Assembly: GCA_964525595.1 (NCBI GenBank) | Contig: CAZGHF010000001.1 | Coordinates: 29,509 to 93,508 of the forward strand | Direction of reading: 5' to 3' | Source of the DNA: an uncultured Candidatus Saccharibacteria bacterium | GTDB taxonomy: Bacteria > Patescibacteriota > Minisyncoccia > UBA6257 > GWB1-50-10 | DNA length: 64,000 nucleotides | Shown here: positions 38,173 through 46,672 of the stretch, piece by piece | Numbering within the stretch: position 1 is the first letter of the stretch | How the letters are laid out: every line of letters starts with the position of its first letter | The notes under the pieces: generated by a model | What the model was told of the DNA's origin: nothing | The model's database searches: none | Seen by the model: only the letters and a program-made list of their open reading frames with translations | Translations under genes and position numbers: made by a program

Positions 38173-38244
38173 TCTCCCCGGCAGGAATCGAACCCACATT
38201 TAGGGTTTAGGAAACCCTCGTTCTATCCGTTGAACTACGGGGAG
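38173..38244 (-). tRNA. tRNA-Arg(CCT)
   Basis: Anticodon arm AGGGT-TT-CCT-AA-ACCCT. Confidence 0.93.
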
Positions 38245-38343
38245 GTTGATTTTAACACTTTATATAAATTTGCCGTTCGAGTAAATCCCCCCCTGTGTAA
38301 TACTTGTCTAGAGAGCGAAGATTTGTTATTTTTTTGATATACT

Positions 38344-38418
38344 GCGCCCTTAGCTCAGTGGTAGAGTGCTTGCATGACACGCAAGAGGTCGGAAGTTCGA
38401 TCCTTCCAGGGCGCACCA
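38344..38418 (+). tRNA. tRNA-Val(GAC)
   Basis: Anticodon arm CTTGC-AT-GAC-AC-GCAAG; encoded CCA. Confidence 0.95.
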
Positions 38419-38420
38419 AG

Positions 38421-38493
38421 GGGCCGTTAGCTCAGTTGGTAGAGCGCTTCGATGGCATCGAAGAGGTCGTCGGTTCGAATCCGATACGGTCCA
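38421..38493 (+). tRNA. tRNA-Ala(GGC)
   Basis: Anticodon arm CTTCG-AT-GGC-AT-CGAAG; G3:U70 pair. Confidence 0.95.
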
Positions 38494-38512
38494 CAAATTC
38501 CAAAATCAAAAA

Positions 38513-39205
38513 ATGTCATTACCGAATCATATAGTAATTGTTCCCGATGGTAATCGCCGGTGGGCAAGAAAGCGGGGGAAGTCGGTCCGGTTTGGTCACA
38601 CCGAAGGCGCAAAAAACACTGAGAAAATTTTGAAAGCGGCGCTAGATATGGGTATTCCAAGCTTCACTTTTTGGGGGTGTTCGGTTTCAAATATCACGGA
38701 GCGTTCGCGGGTGGAGATAAAATTCATCCTCTTTATCTTTGAGCAGTACTTTAAGAAACTTCTGAAAAGAAAAGAGCTTGATGAGTACGGTATTCGCGTT
38801 CGCGTTCTCGGTCGCTGGACGGAAATTTTCCCCAAAAAAACACAGAAACCGATTCAGGAAGTTATTGAAAAAACAAAGAGAAATAAAAACAGGAACATGA
38901 CTTTTCTTCTCGCCTATGACGGCCGGGACGAAATGACAGAAGCAATAAAGAGCATTAGAAGGAAAAAGGGCAAGAAGATAGACAGGGATTTGGTTAAAGA
39001 AAATCTCTGGACGAGGGACCTTCCCCCGGTTGATTTGGTTATTCGCACCGGCGGTGAACCGCACTGGTCGGCCGGGCTCATGATGTGGGACGTGGCCGAA
39101 GCGCGGCTCCATTTTACGGAAACTCTCTGGCCGGCCTTTACTCCCGGGGAATTTGAGAAAATTGTAAAAGTGACCGGTAAAGTTGAGCGCCGTTACGGCA
39201 GATAA
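38513..39205 (+). CDS. uppS: undecaprenyl diphosphate synthase
   Basis: HIVIVPDGNRRWA, YDGR.E, DLVIRTGGE, LWP.F. Confidence 0.93.
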   Translation: MSLPNHIVIVPDGNRRWARKRGKSVRFGHTEGAKNTEKILKAALDMGIPSFTFWGCSVSNITERSRVEIKFILFIFEQYFKKLLKRKELDEYGIRVRVLGRWTEIFPKKTQKPIQEVIEKTKRNKNRNMTFLLAYDGRDEMTEAIKSIRRKKGKKIDRDLVKENLWTRDLPPVDLVIRTGGEPHWSAGLMMWDVAEARLHFTETLWPAFTPGEFEKIVKVTGKVERRYGR

Positions 39206-39243
39206 TTGAAGTGTTATCTTTTTTGTGTTAATTTCTGTTTGAC

Positions 39244-39319
39244 GGGCCCATAGCTCATCTGGTAGAGCGCCACATTTGCAATGTGGAGGTAACCGGTTCG
39301 AGTCCGGTTGGGTCCACCA
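39244..39319 (+). tRNA. tRNA-Ala(TGC)
   Basis: Anticodon arm CCACA-TT-TGC-AA-TGTGG; encoded CCA. Confidence 0.95.
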
Positions 39320-39382
39320 ACAGCGAAGAAAGTTCTTACGTGCTATAAGTAGAACTTGTAATGGTTTGTTATAATTTAATTA

Positions 39383-39643
39383 GTGAAAATAAGAAATAAA
39401 ACACTTCGTTTTATAGAATTTTTTCTGGTTGGGGTGGTTATGGGAATAATAGAGGACGTTCTCGCGGTTTGGCTTTCAACGGGGGAACAGATAACTTTCA
39501 GGGTGATTTGGATAGTTTTTCTTGTCGCCTTGCCGTTTGCGATAATAAGCGAGTACATTGTTGACCATCCGAAATTTTGGAAAACAATCTTTCGCATTAA
39601 GGACAATGGGAGCAGGGTTGAAAAGAAAAAGAATCCGCGTTAG
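39383..39643 (+). CDS. small hypothetical membrane protein
   Basis: Two hydrophobic segments; EFFLVG..MGIIED, PFAIISEYIVD. Confidence 0.7.
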   Translation: MKIRNKTLRFIEFFLVGVVMGIIEDVLAVWLSTGEQITFRVIWIVFLVALPFAIISEYIVDHPKFWKTIFRIKDNGSRVEKKKNPR

Positions 39644-39659
39644 CTTATAATATGCTTTA

Positions 39660-39818
39660 GGAGGCGTGGCAGAGTGGTTTAACGCGCTAGTATTGCTCCC
39701 TGTTTGTCCAAGAGCAAAGCGATTGGTAACAAACAACAGTCCGCCGGAATATAATGGAGGCGGAAAACTGACTAACTGAGCGAAGCGATTGGTTATAAAT
39801 CGCAATCCGCCATAGCGC
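39660..39818 (+). pseudogene. tRNA-Ser-like 5' remnant interrupted in the anticodon loop
   Basis: GGAGGCGTGGCAGAGTGGTTTAACGCGCTAGTATTG [insert] AAAACT..., with two copies of the AGCRAAGCGATTGGT motif and no T arm. Confidence 0.55.
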
Positions 39819-39907
39819 GGTGGGGTGGCTGAGTCTGGTTGAAGGCGCCGCACTTGAAATGCGGTATATCTGAAAAGGTATCGTGGGTTCGAATCCCACC
39901 CCCACCG
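39819..39907 (+). tRNA. tRNA-Ser(TGA)
   Basis: Anticodon arm CCGCA-CT-TGA-AA-TGCGG; long variable arm. Confidence 0.95.
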
Positions 39908-39927
39908 CGCTGCGGCGGAAAAATTGT

Positions 39928-41127
39928 ATGCATTTATTCTGGCACTACCATTCGCATCGTATTGACAGGGACTTTAGTCCCGATTTTTGGTTATATGAAC
40001 TTGCCGTTTGGCTCCATGTTTTGGGGAGGTCGCTGATTGCGGTCTTTATACCGATTTTATTGCTGCAAATCGGTTATGAGCTGGGTGAGGTTATCTTTTT
40101 CTATCTAATTTACAACTTGATTGATGTTCCTCTTAGCTTTTTGGTTCGTCACCTGGTATGCAAAATAGGCGCCCGCTGGGTCGTTATTTTGGGGAAAATC
40201 TGGAGTATTGGTTTTTTTGTTCTCCTGGCGCTTATTACGTCAAATAGCTGGCCGCTTCTTATGTTGCTCGCTCTCTTCGGAGCCTTCTACGACACTTTCT
40301 ATTGGATTGGACACCGATTTCTCTTTATGAAAAGTACCGGCGAGGCGAGTGATGTGGGAACAAAGACGGGCGTTTTGTACGCCGTTCAGCGGTTTGCGGG
40401 TCTTATCGGTCCGGCTGCTGGCGCCGGGATTCTAGTATTTTTCAATCAGCAGGCGCTTATATACGTGAGCATCGCTATTTTGGTAATGTCTGTGTTTCCT
40501 CTGCTTAAAGTAAATGATTTTCCGGATAAGCCGGCAAAGAAACCCCTTCCGCTCAAAGTGTTTTTTGCCAAGTGGCGTGAGCGAAAGAATTTCCTTTCAG
40601 CCGGTTTTTTCTCGATTCATGGTTCGGCGGAAGGGGTTTTGTGGCCGCTTTTCATTTTTGTAGTTTTTAAAACCATTGAATCCGTGGCAATCGTGCCTGT
40701 TATTATTTCCATTACCGCCATTGCTTTCTCTTATTTTGCCGGTTATTTTCAGAGAACCGCTCGAGACAGAGCCATTGTATTTGGGGCGGCGCTTATCGCG
40801 CTGGTTTGGATTGCCCGAATGGTTGTGGATGCGGAATTGTTTCTTTTCGTGAGCGTGTTTCTAGTGAGTACATTTTCGATACTCGTTACCATACCTTTGA
40901 GCAGTGATATTTTCTCGCGCGGAAAGAAAATTGACCCGCTAAACACATCCACTTTTATGAATGTCGCTAACATGCTTGCTAAAGCCATCCTCTATGGAAT
41001 CCTTGCTCTTTTTGTTAATGTATTCGGCGTTGGTTTTGTTGTTGCCGTCGTGAGTTTAACGGCTATAATTGCCGTCCACTATATTTATCTTTTAATGAAG
41101 GGGCACCAAATGGAGCCGGCGAAATAG
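39928..41127 (+). CDS. MFS transporter
   Basis: About 12 TM helices; start moved to ATG 39928, downstream of the tRNA. Confidence 0.8.
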   Translation: MHLFWHYHSHRIDRDFSPDFWLYELAVWLHVLGRSLIAVFIPILLLQIGYELGEVIFFYLIYNLIDVPLSFLVRHLVCKIGARWVVILGKIWSIGFFVLLALITSNSWPLLMLLALFGAFYDTFYWIGHRFLFMKSTGEASDVGTKTGVLYAVQRFAGLIGPAAGAGILVFFNQQALIYVSIAILVMSVFPLLKVNDFPDKPAKKPLPLKVFFAKWRERKNFLSAGFFSIHGSAEGVLWPLFIFVVFKTIESVAIVPVIISITAIAFSYFAGYFQRTARDRAIVFGAALIALVWIARMVVDAELFLFVSVFLVSTFSILVTIPLSSDIFSRGKKIDPLNTSTFMNVANMLAKAILYGILALFVNVFGVGFVVAVVSLTAIIAVHYIYLLMKGHQMEPAK

Positions 41128-41196
41128 TTTACCCGGGAGAGTCGTTTTCTTGTTACAATTGCTTTGATGTGGCAGAATGCCTATGATTTGACATAA

Positions 41197-41718
41197 ATGA
41201 CTAAAGAAGAAAGGAAAAATCATCGTCTTAATCTTTTAATATCGGTTCTTATTACGATAATTGTTCTGGTTGGGCTGCAGTTTCAGGTTTTTGTTTCATG
41301 GGGGATTTTGGATTTTAATCACCAAAAACCTGTAGTAGAACTTGACGCCTTGGCTAATTTGGGCGTGGATACAGACGTTCTTGAAAGCGACATTACTCAT
41401 CTTGTCGCCACCATGAGCAGTGCTCAACAGGGAAGCCACTTTATTTTCGGGATGATTTCCGGGCTTGTTTTTTCACAGCCAGTCGCCGGCCTTACTGTCG
41501 GTGTTATTAAAGAATCAGTTGATTTTGTTAACAATTATCGAGAAGGCCTTATAGGCCGGGATTATTTTATTGATGCAGTTGTCGATACCTCTTTCTGGGC
41601 CTTAGGCGGCTTTGTCGGATTCTATCTTTTATCGGCAATTTACGGAATCTTTCGTGAGAACAAAATTAACAGCCTCAGAGATTTAGTTGTATTCTTGGGA
41701 AGGAAGTTTCGACGCTAA
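41197..41718 (+). CDS. hypothetical membrane protein
   Basis: Several TM segments; H...KE..D...D motif. Confidence 0.65.
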   Translation: MTKEERKNHRLNLLISVLITIIVLVGLQFQVFVSWGILDFNHQKPVVELDALANLGVDTDVLESDITHLVATMSSAQQGSHFIFGMISGLVFSQPVAGLTVGVIKESVDFVNNYREGLIGRDYFIDAVVDTSFWALGGFVGFYLLSAIYGIFRENKINSLRDLVVFLGRKFRR

Positions 41719-41736
41719 GAAATGGGAGCTTTAGGA

Positions 41737-42126
41737 CTAAAAAACAAATATAAGTATGGAAAGAATTCCCACAACGGATATAAAAAGATGCCAATAGCTG
41801 TGGCGAATCTCATTTTTACTTTTACCGCCTGTAATAAAAAAGTAAGCTGCCAGAGCCGTAAAAGCCAGTAAGGCATAGAAGAGAAGTTTTGGCTCAAAAC
41901 CCCCTCGGTAAATGAGCCATACCCCCCAAATTAAAAGGATAATAGAGACAGCGTGATCTGCGAAGTAAAATTTTCTTTCGTTATAGTAGTGGTAAAGAGA
42001 TGAGGTTGCTATTCCAATAACACCTGCAATACCCAGGTATGTCAGTTCGTAGTAAAAAGCCGCGATAATCGGGGCGATAAATACTATATTGCTCCAGGTG
42101 GCCGGGTGCTGAGTTAAACTTTTCAT
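41737..42126 (-). CDS. small CREST-like (hemolysin III/ceramidase) membrane protein
   Basis: SN, SSLYH (SxxxH), ADH, HSYWH (HxxxH) within TM helices. Confidence 0.6.
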   Translation of the reverse strand: MKSLTQHPATWSNIVFIAPIIAAFYYELTYLGIAGVIGIATSSLYHYYNERKFYFADHAVSIILLIWGVWLIYRGGFEPKLLFYALLAFTALAAYFFITGGKSKNEIRHSYWHLFISVVGILSILIFVF

Positions 42127-42131
42127 TTATG

Positions 42132-42216
42132 TGCCCGGGGTGGGATTTGAACCCACAACCCCTTTTACGGGGCGAGGATTTTAAGTCCTCTGCGTAAACC
42201 GTTCCGCCACCCGGGC
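42132..42216 (-). tRNA. tRNA-Leu(TAA)
   Basis: Anticodon arm GAGGA-CT-TAA-AA-TCCTC; long variable arm. Confidence 0.95.
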
Positions 42217-42218
42217 AG

Positions 42219-42293
42219 TGGAGGCCGCGGCGGGAATTGCACCCGCGTATATCGGTTTTGCAGACCGATGCCTTACTACTTGGCTACGCGGCC
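42219..42293 (-). tRNA. tRNA-Cys(GCA)
   Basis: Anticodon arm ATCGGT-CT-GCA-AA-ACCGAT, U73 plus CCA; T-loop reads TGCAATT. Confidence 0.92.
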
Positions 42294-42294
42294 A

Positions 42295-42582
42295 TTAGTG
42301 ATTTTCAATTTCAAAGACAAGCCTCGGTATACTCCTTAACCTTGTCCTTTTCAATAACTTGTACTGTAATTCTTTCTTTTTACTCTCCAGCGCCCGCAGT
42401 ACTTTCAGGCCGTTCTCTTCGGGAATAATAGCAATCTTCACTTTAGCTTGCAACATATTGGAGGAAACTTCAATCGAAGTTATGGTTACGAACGTATTGC
42501 CGAATTCAAAGTCGCGGAGAAGAAGATTGTTCAATTCATGCTTTAAAACACTTGTGATTCTTGATTCACGAAACAAACCCAT
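42295..42582 (-). CDS. rbfA: ribosome-binding factor A
   Basis: VTIT.IEVS..M..AKV, L.LRSIP.L.F; directly downstream of infB. Confidence 0.85.
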   Translation of the reverse strand: MGLFRESRITSVLKHELNNLLLRDFEFGNTFVTITSIEVSSNMLQAKVKIAIIPEENGLKVLRALESKKKELQYKLLKRTRLRSIPRLVFEIENH

Positions 42583-44016
42583 TTATTTAAAAACGAGTCG
42601 TTGACCGGCTTTTATTTTCACTCCGGTTTCGGTCAAAAGTCCGACTTCAACTCCTTCCTCGGCGTTTTGAATGTCTTTTTTGCCTGATTGGAGATTAAGG
42701 ATTTTTCCTTCGCCGATTAAAATATCCTCCTGGAAGACCTCAAATTTCTCAAGATTTTTTACGGGACCGGCGGCAACTTTGCCGCCCACTACCTGCTTTC
42801 CATTTTTCAGCTCGCTAAAAACCGCAAGCACTTCGATTATTCTTTCTTCATCTCCTGCCTTTTCCTTTAAATATTCTTTAAGGTTTTTTTCAAGGTCGTA
42901 AATTATGTCCGAAGTCATTATGACAACGTCCCGCCTTCTTACGGTGTTTTCCGCCGCTTTGTCGGTTTTCACTCGGAAGCCCACAATTATCGCTCCGGTC
43001 GACGCAGCAAGCTTTACGTCGCTCTCATGAATGTTGCCCGGACTTTTATTAATAACATTGACATTCTCCGCTCCAGCCACTTTCTCAATTATGTGGGAGA
43101 GTGCTTCTAAGGAACCAACTTCGCTTGTCTTTATGATTACTTTTAACTCATTTTCTTTTGAGCCTTCTTTTATTTCTTTCTTTTTCTCCATTTCTTTCTT
43201 TTTACTGATAGTTCGGGAATCGGAAGAGAATTCCTCTCCAACTTCGGGTGCGTTCTGGAATCCTAAAATCATTGCTGGGGAAGAGGGAGCCAGTTCCGAG
43301 ACTTTATTTCCTCGGAAATCTTCCAGTATTTTAATTTTTCCCGATGTGCTCGGTGTGTGTGCTTCATCACCCCTCCTTAAAATTCCGTCAACCACAATAA
43401 TGCCGACGGTAAGACCTCTCCTTGGGTCAGGGTGAGCAGTAAGAACCACGCCTTTTGCCGGATTTTCTGGATTATAACTGAGACTTTCAAGTTCTGCCGC
43501 GAGAAGAATAAGGTCGAGAAATTCCGGTACCCCCTCGCCGGTTTTGGCTGACACGAGCTGAGCGGAGATATTACCACCCATTCCCTCAAGAAGAACGTTA
43601 GCTTCACCCAATTCCCTTTTTACTCTCTCAATATCGGCATTACGCTTGTCTATCTTGTTTATGGCAACGAGATATGGCATTTCTTCTTTGCGGATGTATT
43701 TTAGAGCATCCTCGGTTTGCGGTTTCACACCTTCGTCGGCGGCAACAACGAGAATGGCAATATCGGCGATTTTTGCGCCATGTTCACGCATTTTAGAAAA
43801 AGCTTCATGTCCGGGCGTATCAATAAAAGTAATCTTCTTATCGCTGTAGTTTATTTCGTAGGCGCCGATTGACTGGGTAATACCGCCGGCTTCTTTCTCG
43901 ACGACATTCGTCTTTCTGATATAGTCAAGAAGCTGAGTCTTGCCGTGGTCAACGTGACCCATTACAACTACAATCGGCGGCCGGTTTTTAATTTTTTCTT
44001 TGTTTTTAGGAGTCAT
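42583..44016 (-). CDS. infB: translation initiation factor IF-2 (no N-terminal extension)
   Basis: RPPIVVVMGHVDHGKT, GGITQSIGA, DTPGHEAF, NKID; start at ATG 44016. Confidence 0.96.
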   Translation of the reverse strand: MTPKNKEKIKNRPPIVVVMGHVDHGKTQLLDYIRKTNVVEKEAGGITQSIGAYEINYSDKKITFIDTPGHEAFSKMREHGAKIADIAILVVAADEGVKPQTEDALKYIRKEEMPYLVAINKIDKRNADIERVKRELGEANVLLEGMGGNISAQLVSAKTGEGVPEFLDLILLAAELESLSYNPENPAKGVVLTAHPDPRRGLTVGIIVVDGILRRGDEAHTPSTSGKIKILEDFRGNKVSELAPSSPAMILGFQNAPEVGEEFSSDSRTISKKKEMEKKKEIKEGSKENELKVIIKTSEVGSLEALSHIIEKVAGAENVNVINKSPGNIHESDVKLAASTGAIIVGFRVKTDKAAENTVRRRDVVIMTSDIIYDLEKNLKEYLKEKAGDEERIIEVLAVFSELKNGKQVVGGKVAAGPVKNLEKFEVFQEDILIGEGKILNLQSGKKDIQNAEEGVEVGLLTETGVKIKAGQRLVFK

Positions 44017-44071
44017 AGGAGTATTTGTAAAACTAACAAAAAAGTGGTATAAACACAAGGAATTTCGTTTG

Positions 44072-44160
44072 GGAGAGGTGGCTGAGTGGTTGAAAGCAGC
44101 GCACTGCTAATGCGTTAATCGGTTAACACCGGTTCGAGGGTTCGAATCCCTCCCTCTCCG
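44072..44160 (+). tRNA. tRNA-Ser(GCT)
   Basis: Anticodon arm GCGCA-CT-GCT-AA-TGCGT; long variable arm. Confidence 0.95.
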
Positions 44161-44206
44161 CAATTTTTCTCGACAATGTCTTTATGGCATCGTCGGGAAA
44201 AATCTA

Positions 44207-44257
44207 CGAGGTGGGCGAGAACTTGTTCTCCCGCTATTGTGGGACCTCCCCCCCCCG
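44207..44257 (+). pseudogene. tRNA-Ser 3' remnant with T-loop insertion
   Basis: CGAGG[TGGGCGAGAACTTGTTCTCCCGCTATTGTGGGA]CCTCCCCCCCCCG mirrors CGAGGGTTCGAATCCCTCCCTCTCCG of the upstream tRNA. Confidence 0.55.
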
Positions 44258-44259
44258 TA

Positions 44260-44331
44260 GCTCTCATCGTCTAACGGTTAGGACGTCAGCTTTTCAAGCT
44301 GAAAACCGGGGTTCGATTCCCCGTGAGAGCG
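44260..44331 (+). tRNA. tRNA-Glu(TTC)
   Basis: Anticodon arm TCAGC-TT-TTC-AA-GCTGA. Confidence 0.95.
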
Positions 44332-44340
44332 CAAAAGGAT

Positions 44341-45066
44341 ATGATTGTCCGGCCAATTAAGACTCGTGTTTTTCGGGAAGGCGAAGATTTATTCGCTTTC
44401 ATAACAGGTTATTTCAAGAAATTGCCGGAGAAGTCAGTGGTTGTTATCACTTCAAAGATTGTCTCTCTTGCTGAAAAAAGAACGGCTGCTTTTGAGAGTG
44501 TTGAATTTAAAAGGAAGCTAATTCGCAAAGAAGGCGACTTTGTTATGCCTAGTAAATATGGATGGCTTACTGTCAGGGATGGTGTGGTTATGACTTCCGC
44601 CGGCATTGATGAGTCAAACGCAGACGGCAAACTTGTTCTTTTACCGAAAGACGGTTTCAAAACGGCTCACATTTTGCGCAATAAATTGCGGAAGAAATAT
44701 GGCGTTAAAAATCTTGGAGTTCTCATTACTGACAGTCGTAGAATGCCGTTTCGAGCCGGAGCAGTCGGTGTCGCAATCGGCTACGCCGGTTTCTGCGGCA
44801 TAAGGGAATATCGCGGCAAGCCTGATATCTTTGGGAGGAAATTCAAGTTTTCTCAGATGAACGTTGCCGACAGTCTCGCTGGAGCTGCGGTTTTAGTAAT
44901 GGGGGAAGGAGATGAACGGCAACCTTTGGCAATTCTCAAAAAGACGCCGGTTGAATTTTGTGATAAAATCCACCCAAAGGAGCTACAAATCGATATTAAG
45001 GACGATATGTTTTGTCCCCTCTTTTTGAAACTGCCTTATGCCAAAAAAGACAAAAAAAGAAAATAA
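44341..45066 (+). CDS. coenzyme F420:L-glutamate ligase (CofE)-like protein
   Basis: VITSKIVS..E, AGIDESN, ITDS..MP.R.G, D.FGR, N.AD.LA.AA...MGEG.E..P; ATG 44341. Confidence 0.85.
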   Translation: MIVRPIKTRVFREGEDLFAFITGYFKKLPEKSVVVITSKIVSLAEKRTAAFESVEFKRKLIRKEGDFVMPSKYGWLTVRDGVVMTSAGIDESNADGKLVLLPKDGFKTAHILRNKLRKKYGVKNLGVLITDSRRMPFRAGAVGVAIGYAGFCGIREYRGKPDIFGRKFKFSQMNVADSLAGAAVLVMGEGDERQPLAILKKTPVEFCDKIHPKELQIDIKDDMFCPLFLKLPYAKKDKKRK

Positions 45067-45538
45067 GAAGAATTCAGGGCGGGAAATCAGCTGGCGGGCG
45101 GCCGAGTATCAATATGTTCAAAAGGGCGTTATTTGGTATTTCATTGTTTGCTTGGTCGCTCTTCTTTTGATTGTTATCGCTCTTTTTAGCGGTAACTTTT
45201 TCTTTGCCGTTTTTGTTATTATTGCGGCAGTTACCGTAATTTTTTTCGCAAAGCGGCGACCCCAAGTTTTTGATTTCAAAATAGCCGACCAGGGAGTTGC
45301 GATAGGCGAGAACATTTTCTATGATTATGAGCGCCTTGACGGTTTTGCTATTCGGGAGCGTCCGGAGAAGCTGGATGAAATAGTCCTTAAAAAGAAGGCT
45401 ACGCTTAATCCTTACGTCAGGATTCCGATTGACTCTACTCTTGCCGAGGAAGCGAAGAATATGCTGGGAGAAAAAATTCCTGAGATTGAGTATCAGGAAT
45501 CGTTCGTTGAGGTTATTTCCGAGTGGTTTGGGTTTTGA
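45038..45538 (+). CDS. hypothetical membrane protein
   Basis: ISW.A.EY...K...WY, two TM helices, PH-like C-terminus. Confidence 0.7.
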   Translation: MPKKTKKENKKNSGREISWRAAEYQYVQKGVIWYFIVCLVALLLIVIALFSGNFFFAVFVIIAAVTVIFFAKRRPQVFDFKIADQGVAIGENIFYDYERLDGFAIRERPEKLDEIVLKKKATLNPYVRIPIDSTLAEEAKNMLGEKIPEIEYQESFVEVISEWFGF

Positions 45539-45596
45539 AATCAACGGACCCCGCACCAGAACAAGTTCGGTGCGGGGCAAGTAGGACGCGAGGGAT

Positions 45597-45669
45597 GTCC
45601 CCGTAGCTCAGCGGATAGAGCGCAAGTTTGCGGAACTTGAGGCCACAGGTTCAAATCCTGTCGGGGACG
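45597..45669 (+). tRNA. tRNA-Arg(GCG)
   Basis: Anticodon arm CAAGT-TT-GCG-GA-ACTTG; GGATAGAGC D-loop (A20). Confidence 0.92.
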
Positions 45670-45672
45670 CAA

Positions 45673-45730
45673 AGGTTCGATTTTTACCCCGTAATTTTCG
45701 AAGAAAATTTTACGGGGCCTCTCGAGGGCA
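45673..45730 (+). pseudogene. tRNA 3' remnant with hairpin in the T-loop
   Basis: AGGTTCGATT[TTTACCCCGTAATTTTCGAAGAAAATTTTACGGGG]CCTCTCGAGGGCA. Confidence 0.55.
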
Positions 45731-45773
45731 CAAAAGGCTAGACAATTAGTAATATCTCCCTAAAATAAGGTTA

Positions 45774-45971
45774 ATGACGACAAAGAGATTGGTTGCTCAT
45801 CTTCTAATAATCCTTCTTATTGTTATCCTGTTCCTTGTTATTTTAGGGCTTATTTCACCAAAAGAAGCTATGGCACCGACTGATTCCTCAACTTTTCAGG
45901 GGCCGCCATCCGGTGAATTTAGCGGATTTAAAGGACCGACCAGTTCACCGCCCTACGGCGGAACAGAATAA
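45774..45971 (+). CDS. small hypothetical membrane-anchored protein
   Basis: TM helix followed by FxGP repeats. Confidence 0.55.
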   Translation: MTTKRLVAHLLIILLIVILFLVILGLISPKEAMAPTDSSTFQGPPSGEFSGFKGPTSSPPYGGTE

Positions 45972-45973
45972 AA

Positions 45974-46044
45974 GCGGGTATAAGTTAGTGGCAGACTATC
46001 TCGTTGCCAACGAGAAAACGCGAGTTCGATTCTCGCTACCCGCA
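45974..46044 (+). tRNA. tRNA-Gly(GCC)
   Basis: Anticodon arm TCTCG-TT-GCC-AA-CGAGA. Confidence 0.93.
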
Positions 46045-46075
46045 CAAAAACCTCTTATTGCTATAATGATTTAAA

Positions 46076-46672
46076 GTGGAAGTTGCAGTCAAATTAATCA
46101 TTACCGTTATTTTTATTGCCCTTATAGCAGTCGGGGTTGTTTTTTTGGGAGTTTTTGGTCTCCTACCGGCTAAGAAGACGACAACTGTTCTGGAAGTGGA
46201 AGAGAAAATAATTGTGAGAGAAACAGTCGTAGATTCACCTTCTGCCGAACCGGTGGTGCCGGGCACGAGTCCAGTTACGTCTGATAATCAAGTCGTGACG
46301 CCTGAAGAAGTGCCGGTTAAGCTCGATGTCCTGCCCGGTACGCCTGAGGCGCCTCAGCAATCCAATCCGATAAGCTCCGAAGACGTTCCCGAAAAAGCCA
46401 TAAAAATTGAGATTTCGGTGGAGGGCATCAACCCCAATAATTTTACGGTAGAAGCTGGCTCAGTCGTCGTTTTATCGGTTTCCTCCGTTGGTGACCAAAC
46501 TCATGTTTTCAAATTTAAAAACCCCGCTCTGAAAGCAGTGGCAATCGGTGTCGGTCCGGGCGAGACAAGAGCTATTACTTTTAACGCTCCGGAAGCCGGG
46601 GATTACGATTTCTTCTGCGACGTTCCCGGTCACGAGGGGAGAGGTGAAGTAGGAACTATGACTGTCAGGTAG
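46076..46672 (+). CDS. membrane-anchored cupredoxin domain protein
   Basis: P..FTVEAG, THVF, G.YDFFCDVPGH. Confidence 0.85.
   Translation: MEVAVKLIITVIFIALIAVGVVFLGVFGLLPAKKTTTVLEVEEKIIVRETVVDSPSAEPVVPGTSPVTSDNQVVTPEEVPVKLDVLPGTPEAPQQSNPISSEDVPEKAIKIEISVEGINPNNFTVEAGSVVVLSVSSVGDQTHVFKFKNPALKAVAIGVGPGETRAITFNAPEAGDYDFFCDVPGHEGRGEVGTMTVR

Noticed and set aside
37755-38660. ORF-track ORFs over tRNA clusters (also 39476-39905, 42237-42428 and 5' extensions at 2337, 39883, 44323)
   Set aside because: They are translations of tRNA genes and repeats, not credible proteins.
39660-39818. Intron-containing functional tRNA-Ser
   Set aside because: No matching 3' half (T arm plus CGCCTCC) follows, and the insert is too short for a group I intron; treated as a remnant.
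42583-44016. Short IF2, and alpha2-type GlyRS at 26124-27383, as novelties
   Set aside because: Both are expected in reduced CPR-type genomes; used only as lineage evidence.
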